DNA of 64,000 bases from an uncultured Candidatus Rokubacteria bacterium (GTDB taxonomy: Bacteria; Methylomirabilota; Methylomirabilia; Rokubacteriales; CSP1-6). The stretch spans positions 1,152,001 to 1,216,000 of the forward strand of contig CAWBMV010000034.1 of NCBI GenBank assembly GCA_963789955.1, in the 5' to 3' direction. A model generated the notes under the pieces. It made no database searches and was not told where the DNA came from. It saw only the letters and a list, made by a program, of their open reading frames with translations. The translations under genes and the position numbers were made by a program. This document shows positions 56,828-64,000 of the stretch, one piece after another. The first letter of the stretch is position 1; every line of letters begins with the position of its first letter.

Positions 56828-56894
56828 CCTAGTGGACCTTGGTCCAACAGAAGGTCGGGATCGATGGCATCGACGTGGACCAAGGTCCACTAGG
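56828..56894. repeat. Perfect 19-bp inverted repeat with internally palindromic arms
   Basis: CCTAGTGGACCTTGGTCCA (56828-46) and TGGACCAAGGTCCACTAGG (56876-94), 29-nt spacer. Confidence 0.85.
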
Positions 56895-57031
56895 CAAGCG
56901 AGACGCACGTGGATCATCCTGTCGGAAGGACTTGAAGTGTCGGTGGCCCTGATCGGCACCAGGCCGGCGCCAAGAGGATTGCCCGTGACGGTCGCACTCG
57001 CAGCTAACCCGAATCCTCTGGAGGGCTCTAC

Positions 57032-57307
57032 ATGCCACGGCGACCTCTCTCTTTCGTCGGCGCCGAATCGTCCGAACGCATCACGGCTATCCAGATCGCG
57101 CGCGCACAGCTGTTCGACGTCGATGTCGACCGCAAGAAACGGATCGACGACGCCATCGACTACTTCGGCGCGGGTCAGATCGCCGTCGCTCGGAAGGGTG
57201 TCCGCCAATTCCGGCCGGCCAGGACAGATCGCTTGACGATCACCCCGTTTGCGCGAGCGACGCGCTTTCGGCGAGCGTGTCGCCTCCGCCCGCGTGCCGA
57301 AAGATAG
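57032..57307 (+). CDS. Possible small hypothetical protein
   Basis: RBS GGAGGG and GC3-rich codons in the middle; no recognisable motif. Confidence 0.3.
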   Translation: MPRRPLSFVGAESSERITAIQIARAQLFDVDVDRKKRIDDAIDYFGAGQIAVARKGVRQFRPARTDRLTITPFARATRFRRACRLRPRAER

Positions 57308-57320
57308 GTCGGGACGAACA

Positions 57321-57339
57321 TGAGCAATTCTGACCAGAC
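57321..57339 (+). promoter_or_regulatory. Putative Crp/Fnr-family box (site 4)
   Basis: TGAGCA-ATTC-TGACCA-GAC with GATCCT at 57358. Confidence 0.65.
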
Positions 57340-57462
57340 GTCAGAACGTGATTGGCCGATCCTGTGGCGCATCGCGGTGAGGTGTCCCGAAAACCTCGGG
57401 GATGCGTACGGGCTCGAGACGCTTCCCGCGGGAATTCCTGTCGAACATCTGAGGAGCCACCA

Positions 57463-57714
57463 ATGGACATCGAAGCCCTTCGTCTCCTCATCCGAAGCAA
57501 GCTCAATGACGGGCGCCTGCCGTATGACAGCATGCCGAGATTCTGGGGCGGTGCCGGCGACGGGGAGCAGTGCGACGTCTGCGACACGCTCATCACGAAG
57601 GAGCAGTTAGTGATGGAGGGCATTGCCTCCGTGCTCAGCAACAAGAAGCCCGTTCAATTTCACGTCGGGTGCTTCTACGCCTGGGATGCCGAGCGGCGCG
57701 TGCCGCAGTCGTAG
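57463..57714 (+). CDS. Small hypothetical protein with CxxC...HxxC (paralog B)
   Basis: IRSKLNDGRLP, WGGAGDGEQCDVC, FHVGCFYAW; RBS GAGGAG. Confidence 0.78.
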   Translation: MDIEALRLLIRSKLNDGRLPYDSMPRFWGGAGDGEQCDVCDTLITKEQLVMEGIASVLSNKKPVQFHVGCFYAWDAERRVPQS

Positions 57715-57799
57715 CCTTCCACGCGTCGACGTTAGGTTATTCCCCTCCCACGCCGCGCGTTGCGGCGCATGCCAGAGCGGGGTGCCAACCCAGTGCCGG

Positions 57800-57818
57800 T
57801 GAGCAATTGTGAACAGAA
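57800..57818 (+). promoter_or_regulatory. Putative Crp/Fnr-family box (site 5)
   Basis: TGAGCA-ATTG-TGAACA-GAA upstream of the sigma-54 activator gene. Confidence 0.6.
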
Positions 57819-57850
57819 TTAAGAACCGACACTGGACCATCTTGTAGCGC

Positions 57851-58960
57851 ATGGCGCGGCGTGACCCGTCCGACTTCGACCCCGGGAACGGTGCGGGGAT
57901 CTGGGCTACAGGAGCCCCACGACACGGCGACGCGGCGGTGGCCTTCGCCGCTTCCATCGTGGAGCCCACCAACGACCGTCCGCTCCTCGACGGAAGCCCC
58001 CAGATGCGCGCCATCGTGACCGTCATCGAGAATGTCGCCGATACGGACGCGACGGTCTTGATCCGTGGTGAAAGCGGCGTCGGGAAGGATCTGGTGGCCA
58101 GAGCCGTCCATGCTGCCTCGTCGCGCTGTCGTGGTCCGTTCGTCAAGGTCAACTGCGCCGCGATCCCGCTGGGGCTGCTCGAGTCCGAGTTGTTCGGGCA
58201 CGAGAGGGGAGCCTTCACCGGCGCGCACCAGCGTAAGCATGGGCAGTTCGAATATGCGAACAGGGGCACGATCTACCTGGACGAGCTTGCGGAGCTGCCG
58301 CTGGCCCTCCAGGCCAAGCTCCTGCACGTGTTGCAGGACTTCCAGTTCTCACGCGTGGGAGGCCTCGAGCTTCTACAAGTCGACACACGGGTGGTCGCCG
58401 CGACGAATCGTAACCTCGAGGCGGCGATGGCGCGCGGCGAGTTCCGCGAGGACCTTTACTACCGCCTCAACGTAGTCGAGATCAAGGTGCCCCCGCTGCG
58501 GGAGCGCCGCGAAGAGATCCCGGCATTGGCTTCGCGGTTCCTGGCCCGGTTCAACTCCCAGTACGGGCGGCAGAAGCAGCTCATGCCCGAGACGCTGGCG
58601 CGGCTGACCGAGTACTCCTGGCCCGGTAACGTGCGCGAGCTCGAAAACGTGATCCGCCGGCTGGCAGTGCTCGGAGACGGGGACCAGACGATGGAGGCCC
58701 TGATGAGCCGGAATCGCAATGGACACAACGGATATCACGGGCATAACGGGCACGTCCCAGTTCCATCGCCGATCGCCTCGGAGGGCCTGAGAGAGGCCGG
58801 GCGCCGCGGGGCGCGAGACGCCGAGCGCACGGCGCTCCTGGAAGTGCTCGATCGCGTGAGCTGGAACCGTACCCAGGCCGCGCGGATTCTCAAGGTCAGC
58901 TACAAGACGCTGCTCAAGAAAATCTCCGAATGCGGCCTGACGCCGCCTGTTCGCGGCTGA
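57851..58960 (+). CDS. Sigma-54-dependent activator (AAA+ plus Fis HTH) without a sensory domain
   Basis: GESGVGKD, ELFGHERGAFTGA, FREDLYYRLNV, WPGNVRELEN, WNRTQAARILKVSYKTL. Confidence 0.92.
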   Translation: MARRDPSDFDPGNGAGIWATGAPRHGDAAVAFAASIVEPTNDRPLLDGSPQMRAIVTVIENVADTDATVLIRGESGVGKDLVARAVHAASSRCRGPFVKVNCAAIPLGLLESELFGHERGAFTGAHQRKHGQFEYANRGTIYLDELAELPLALQAKLLHVLQDFQFSRVGGLELLQVDTRVVAATNRNLEAAMARGEFREDLYYRLNVVEIKVPPLRERREEIPALASRFLARFNSQYGRQKQLMPETLARLTEYSWPGNVRELENVIRRLAVLGDGDQTMEALMSRNRNGHNGYHGHNGHVPVPSPIASEGLREAGRRGARDAERTALLEVLDRVSWNRTQAARILKVSYKTLLKKISECGLTPPVRG

Positions 58961-59066
58961 CGGGGCGCGCCGCGTCGCGACCCGGCGAGTCGACGTCGCG
59001 GCCCGACCGGGTGAGTTCTCCGGCGGGTTGAGCCCTGGCGCCCGCTCCCGCAGCAACAGCCAAACC

Positions 59067-59085
59067 TGAGCACTTCTGACCAGAC
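59067..59085 (+). promoter_or_regulatory. Putative Crp/Fnr-family box (site 6)
   Basis: TGAGCA-CTTC-TGACCA-GAC with GATCCT at 59104. Confidence 0.65.
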
Positions 59086-59199
59086 GCCGGACCCTGCGTT
59101 GGCGATCCTGGTGTATGGCGCGACGTGTCTCATCCGACCGCAACGTCGAGCCTGCCGCGCGAACCATCGCTTGGAGCTGCGCGGGAGGGAGGTCGACTC

Positions 59200-59844
59200 A
59201 TGGTCAGATACTACGCGCGCGTTTTCGGGATCCTGGTTCTCCTGTTCGCGCTCGTCCCCGCTCGCGGCGCTTGGGCAGGCGCGCCGAGCGATCAGCTGCG
59301 CGCCGGGATCGACCGGGTGTTCAAGATCCTCGACGACCCCGAGCTGGACGGCGACAAGAAGCTCAACCAGCGCCGAAGCGCCATCGTCATCGCCGCCAAC
59401 GAGATATTCGACTTCGGCGAGATGGCGAAGCGATCCCTCGGTCAGTACTGGCCGCAGCGGACGTCCGCCGAACGCGTGGAGTTCGTTCGCCTCTTCACTG
59501 AACTGGTCCAGCGCTCGTACATCTCCAAGGTGGACCAGCACGGCGCTCACAAGATGACCGTGCAGGGCGAGCGGATTGACGGCGACTACGCTGTCGTGCG
59601 GACGACGCTCCCGCTCAGCGCAGGACACGAGTTGCCCATTGACTACAGCATGCGCAGCATCGACGACCGCTGGCAGGTGTACGACCTCAGCATCGACGGG
59701 ATCAGCCTCGTGGCGAACTACCGGGCGCAATTCAACAAAATCATCCGGACCTCCTCGTACGAGGCTCTGGTCGCGAAGTTCAAGTCGCACCAAGCTGAAT
59801 TGGCGGCGCCCTCGACTGCCTCCGGAGGACAGCCTGCGCGATGA
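59200..59844 (+). CDS. MlaC/Ttg2D (HpnM-like) lipid-binding protein
   Basis: Signal peptide, FDFGEMAKRSLG, WQVYDLSIDGISLVANYRAQF; directly upstream of the MMPL gene. Confidence 0.9.
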   Translation: MVRYYARVFGILVLLFALVPARGAWAGAPSDQLRAGIDRVFKILDDPELDGDKKLNQRRSAIVIAANEIFDFGEMAKRSLGQYWPQRTSAERVEFVRLFTELVQRSYISKVDQHGAHKMTVQGERIDGDYAVVRTTLPLSAGHELPIDYSMRSIDDRWQVYDLSIDGISLVANYRAQFNKIIRTSSYEALVAKFKSHQAELAAPSTASGGQPAR

Positions 59845-59869
59845 TCGTCGATCCGGCAGGTGACCGTCC

Positions 59870-62662
59870 ATGGTTCCGCTCTCGCTGACCGGCAGGATCT
59901 TACAGACCCTCGTCCGGCTTTGCTGCGCCCACCCAGCGTTGACGGTCTCCATGGCGTTCGCCTGTGCCGCGCTCGGCGCCGGTTATGCGGCACATTCCCT
60001 CACGCTCGAGACGTCCAAGTTCCATCTGCTGCCGCTCCACCAGCAGTACGCCACGCTCTACAAGGACTACGCCGAGGACTTCGGCCAGCTCGAGGACATC
60101 GTCGTGGTCGTGGAAGCCCCGCAGATCGAGACCTCGACGGCTTACGCGGCCCGCCTGGCCGGTGTTCTTCGCCACGGCGCCCTCGAGACGGCGCGCATCA
60201 GCTATCGGATCGACGCGAGCCGTCTCGAAGCGCACGGGCTCTTGTACCTGCCGCTCGACACGCTACGAACGACGCTCGACACGGTCGCCGGCCAGGAAGA
60301 GCTGCTGGCCGACTTCGCCGGCAGCTCGACGCTCGATCGTCTGGTTGCCGGCATCAACCAGTCCATCGGCGGAACTTTCCTGCCAGGCGTGTTCGGCCCC
60401 GGGGGCGGGGACGAGCCGAACCCAGCGCCCGCGCGTCTGCTTCGCGATCTCCTGACCCAGATGTCGGAGCGGATCGACGGCGGGCCGTACCGCTCGCCCT
60501 GGGTGAATTTGATCGCAGCCCCCACGTTCGCACCGGACGGCGGCTACTTCTTGTCCCACGACCGGCGCCTCCTCTACGTCGTGGTTGACCTCGTCGAGGT
60601 ACCGCGCACCTTCGCCACCGAGCACGCGGCGGTCCTCGCCATCCGGGCCGCGATCGCGAGCCTCCGCCAGGAGTTTCCATCGGTCGAGGCCGGCGTCACG
60701 GGAGCGCCCGCGCTCTTCAGTGACGAGCTGACCGCCGCCACCCGAGACGGCGAGATCGCCAGTGTCCTGGCGTTGTTCCTCACGCTCGGTCTGTTGATGC
60801 TCGCGTTTCGACGGCTCGCCACCTCGTGCGCGATGCTCGTCGTGCTCGCCTTGAGCCTGGGCTGGTCGCTCGGCATCATCACGCTGCTCGTCGGCCAGCT
60901 CACGATCTTTTCCATGATGTTCGTCTCGGTCGTCATCGGTCTCGGGAGCGACTACGGCATCTTCTTCCTGTTCCGATATCGGGAAGAGCGAGTGCTCGGT
61001 CTGACGCTCGTCGGTGCGCTCGAGCGTACCGCGGCGCGAAGCGGCCCGGCCATTCTGCTGGGTGCCCTCACCGCTGCGGTGACCTTCTACATCCTGACCA
61101 TCGCCGAGTTCAGCGGTATCCGCGACTTCGGCTTCATCTCCGGCACGGCGATCCTTCTCGCATTTCTGTCGATGCTCACCGTCTTCCCGGCGACCGTGCT
61201 GCTCCTCGACCGGTGGCGGGGGGCCCCGCGACTCGTGCCGATCGCCGGCCGTCCAGACACTCACCGGTCGCCCGACCTCAAACCGATCGAGCGCAGACAA
61301 TTGCAGGTCCCAGCGCTGGAGTGGCTCGCGGGTTTTCCGAAGACCATCGTCGCCGCCGCGGTCCTCCTGACCGCCGCATCGCTGTGGGCGGCACCGCGGG
61401 TGGGTTTTGACTATAACCTGTTGAACCTCCAGGCCGACGGCACCGAGTCGGTCGTCTGGGAGAGGAAGGCCGCTGCCGCTTCGGGACGCTCGGTGTTCGC
61501 AGCGCTCTCGACGGCCGCGTCGCTCCCGGAGCTCGAGGACAGGCAAGCCGCATTTCAGCGCCTGCCCTCCGTCTCCGACGTCCAGAGCGTCCTGTCGGTG
61601 TTACCCGATCGACAGGCCGACAAGCTGGCAGTTCTCCAGCGCCTTGGAGACGTGGCCGACAGCATCCGCCCGGGCGCGCCGCGCCCCCTCGATCTCCGTG
61701 CGCTCACCGTGGCGCTCGAGACCTTGAAGCGCCGCCTCGACGTCGCGAGTGCGCAAAGCGGCGCCGGGGGGCCGCCGGAGGAGATCGTCGCCACTGCCCG
61801 AACGACCTCGAGGCTTCTCGAGAGGCTCAAGGCGCGCGAGGGCGGTGCCGTCGAGGTCGCGCTCGCCGACTACCAGGCGCGGCTGTCGGCCGACTTCGCC
61901 CAGCAGTGGCGCCGGCTCCAGCTGGCGGCCCGGCCGGCGCCTCTCACGCCGGGCGATCTGCCGGAAGAGCTGCGACGAAAGTTCATCGGCAAGAGCGGGC
62001 ACCTGCTTCTTCAGGTGTACTCCCGGCTCGACCTCTGGGATCGGCACAGTCAGGCGCGCTTCGTGGAGGAGCTGCGGACCGTCGACCCGAGCGTCACGGG
62101 ACAGCCTGTCGTCGCCTACGAGTCGACGCAGCTCATCGAGCGGACGTTCCGGCTCGGACTGGCGTACGCCTTCGCGCTCGTCGCCGGCATCGCGGCGCTC
62201 ATGATCCGCCGTGTGCGGGAGACCGTGCTCGCGATGGTGCCGCTGATCCTGGGCACGCTGTGGACGGTCGGGATCATGCAGTTGGCCGGGCTGAAGTTCA
62301 ACCTGGTGAACGTCTGGGCGCTTCCGCTCATCGTCGGCTCCGCCGCCGAGTACGGCGTGAACATCGTTCTCCGGTCTCTCGAATCGGAGGCGCACGGCGA
62401 GGGACGACGGCTCGCGCGCAGCACCGTCATGGGGGTGGTGTTCAACGGTCTCACGACCCTGGCGGGCTTCGGCAGCCTGCTCGTCGCGCACCATCGAGGC
62501 GTGTGGAGCCTGGGCTTGCTGCTCGTGATCGGCTCCGCGACGACGCTGATCGCCTCGCTGGTCGTGCTGCCCACGCTGGTGCGCCTCGGCGGCGAGCGCC
62601 GCCGATCTGAGGCCGAGCACAGCCCTGTGGTCGCCACCGCCGTGACCGCGATCGCAAGCTAG
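59870..62662 (+). CDS. MMPL/RND transporter, HpnN-like
   Basis: 930 aa with two TM clusters; GVTG..DEL, IGLGSDYGI, FDYNLLNLQ, TLAGFGSL..HRGVWSLG. Confidence 0.88.
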   Translation: MVPLSLTGRILQTLVRLCCAHPALTVSMAFACAALGAGYAAHSLTLETSKFHLLPLHQQYATLYKDYAEDFGQLEDIVVVVEAPQIETSTAYAARLAGVLRHGALETARISYRIDASRLEAHGLLYLPLDTLRTTLDTVAGQEELLADFAGSSTLDRLVAGINQSIGGTFLPGVFGPGGGDEPNPAPARLLRDLLTQMSERIDGGPYRSPWVNLIAAPTFAPDGGYFLSHDRRLLYVVVDLVEVPRTFATEHAAVLAIRAAIASLRQEFPSVEAGVTGAPALFSDELTAATRDGEIASVLALFLTLGLLMLAFRRLATSCAMLVVLALSLGWSLGIITLLVGQLTIFSMMFVSVVIGLGSDYGIFFLFRYREERVLGLTLVGALERTAARSGPAILLGALTAAVTFYILTIAEFSGIRDFGFISGTAILLAFLSMLTVFPATVLLLDRWRGAPRLVPIAGRPDTHRSPDLKPIERRQLQVPALEWLAGFPKTIVAAAVLLTAASLWAAPRVGFDYNLLNLQADGTESVVWERKAAAASGRSVFAALSTAASLPELEDRQAAFQRLPSVSDVQSVLSVLPDRQADKLAVLQRLGDVADSIRPGAPRPLDLRALTVALETLKRRLDVASAQSGAGGPPEEIVATARTTSRLLERLKAREGGAVEVALADYQARLSADFAQQWRRLQLAARPAPLTPGDLPEELRRKFIGKSGHLLLQVYSRLDLWDRHSQARFVEELRTVDPSVTGQPVVAYESTQLIERTFRLGLAYAFALVAGIAALMIRRVRETVLAMVPLILGTLWTVGIMQLAGLKFNLVNVWALPLIVGSAAEYGVNIVLRSLESEAHGEGRRLARSTVMGVVFNGLTTLAGFGSLLVAHHRGVWSLGLLLVIGSATTLIASLVVLPTLVRLGGERRRSEAEHSPVVATAVTAIAS

Positions 62663-62681
62663 AAAGACAAAGGAACGCCCA

Positions 62682-63996
62682 ATGAAGGTCCGTTCAATCG
62701 TCGTCGGTGTCATCCTCGTCGTGGCGTCGGTGCTCATGGCCGACAACGTTCAGGGTCAGAGCAAGGCTACGGGCAACGGAATCGACGCCCACGTGCGCAC
62801 GATGCTCGAGAATGGGCGGCGAATCTTTCGCTTCGATACCTTCGGCAGCGAAGCCTTCTGGGGCGAGACGCTCCAGCTCCACAGAGCCATCGCCGGCGAG
62901 AAGAACGGAGGTGTCGGCGGCGGCGTGAGCCCAAAGACCGCGCTGTCGGTCGGCCTGAAGGTCGATGCGGATGCGTTGCCCGCCCCGCTGAAGCGGCAGA
63001 TCAAGGACGGCAAGGTCGACCTCGACGACCCCGCGACCACGCTCGCCCTTCTCAAGCTGAACTCGGTCGTCGGCGTCACCGGGTTGTTCAACACCCAGGG
63101 GAACCTCGTCTCGATGGGACTTCAGTGCGCTCTCTGCCACTCGACCGTGGACGACTCCTTCGCATCCGGGATCGGCAAACGCCAGGACGGGTGGGCCAAC
63201 CGTGACCTCAACGTCGGGCTCATCGTGTCGCTGGCGCCGAACCTCACGCCGTTCGCCGAGCTCCTCGGTGTCGACGTCGCCACGGTGAAGAAGGTGCTCA
63301 CCAGCTGGGGGCCCGGCCGATTCGATGCCGAGCTCGACAAGGACGGCAAGGCCTTTCGACCGGACGGAAAGCAAGCAGGAACGCTGATTCCTCCCGCCTT
63401 CGGTCTCGCCGGCGTGAACCTGAGCACCTGGACGGGCTTTGGATCCGCTCACGTACTGGAACGCGTACGTCGCGGCGACGCAGATGCACGGCGCGGGGAC
63501 GTTCTTCGACGCGCGGTTCAACGATGGCGAGCAATATCCGGTATCGGCCAAGAGTCACTCCGGCAACACGCGCCCAACGCGTGACGCGGTGACCTCGAAG
63601 CTGGCGGCTCTTCACTTCTACCAGCTCGCGCTGCCCGCGCCGAAAGCGCCGGCGGCGAGCTTCGACAAGGACGCCGCCGCGCGCGGACTCGTGCTGTTCA
63701 ACGGCACCGCCAAGTGCGCCACCTGTCACGTCCCGCCGCTCTTCACCGAGCCCGGAAACAACCTGCACGCGCCCAGCGAGATCGGCGTTGACTCTTTCCA
63801 GGCTGACCGCTCACCGACTCACATGTACCGGACCGCGCCCCTCGCCGGGCTCTGGACCCACCAGAAGGGCGGCTTCTACCATGACGGCCGCTTTGCCACG
63901 TTGCGGGACGTGCTCGAGCACTACGACGCGTTCTTCAAGCTGGGGTTGAGCGAGCGGGAAAAGACCGAGCTCACCGAATACCTGAAATCGCTGTAG
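62682..63996 (+). CDS. Exported di-heme c-type cytochrome (cytochrome c peroxidase-like C-terminus), one indel
   Basis: Signal peptide; CALCH and CATCH; YRTAPLAGLW..FYHDGRFATL. Confidence 0.82.
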
Positions 63997-64000
63997 GGGA

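Noticed and set aside
50723..59085. TGAGCA boxes or palindromic elements as CRISPR repeats
   Set aside because: Copies are dispersed over kilobases at irregular spacing, are degenerate, and there are no cas genes.

Overview
High-GC bacterial DNA, densely coding, from a diderm organism (porin, TonB system, MlaC/HpnM). The gene content suggests a soil Rokubacteria/Methylomirabilota-like genome, which is an inference and not a database result. Many genes are split by single-base indels, most simply read as long-read assembly errors, so several long ORFs in the track are chimeras. The window has six blocks. (1) 1-7.7 kb, nitrogen assimilation: nirA-cobA-sirC and amtB/P-II/porin/Fis-like HTH, behind a sigma-54 promoter, NtrC-type boxes and an ANTAR-type dual hairpin overlapping a terminator. 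(2) 7.9-14.6 kb: MeaB, CBS protein, FprA, DAO-family oxidase and a GAF-GspE/PilB ATPase. (3) 14.7-18.2 kb: tonB, TonB-dependent receptor and nikR with two NikR-type operators. (4) 18.5-47 kb: catabolic and transport genes (two TRAP systems, two TauD-family genes, Rieske oxygenase, flavin monooxygenase, hydantoinase A/B, aminotransferase, pgm). (5) 25.7-32.1 kb, inside block 4: a compact, translationally coupled biosynthetic cluster of ACP, condensation-like acyltransferase, FAD oxidoreductase, adenylating ligase and flavin-dependent halogenase-like gene, plus a convergent methyltransferase. (6) 47.1-64 kb: a regulatory and envelope block (Crp/Fnr, two-component genes, sigma-54 activator, BON, cls, HpnM/HpnN, cytochrome c) with six copies of a TGAGCA-N4-TG(A/C)(C/T)CA-like box placed about 41.5 bp upstream of the inferred start. 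Two copies of a ~150-bp palindromic intergenic element with co-varying arms are also present. I saw no rRNA, tRNA, CRISPR array, transposase or integrase.
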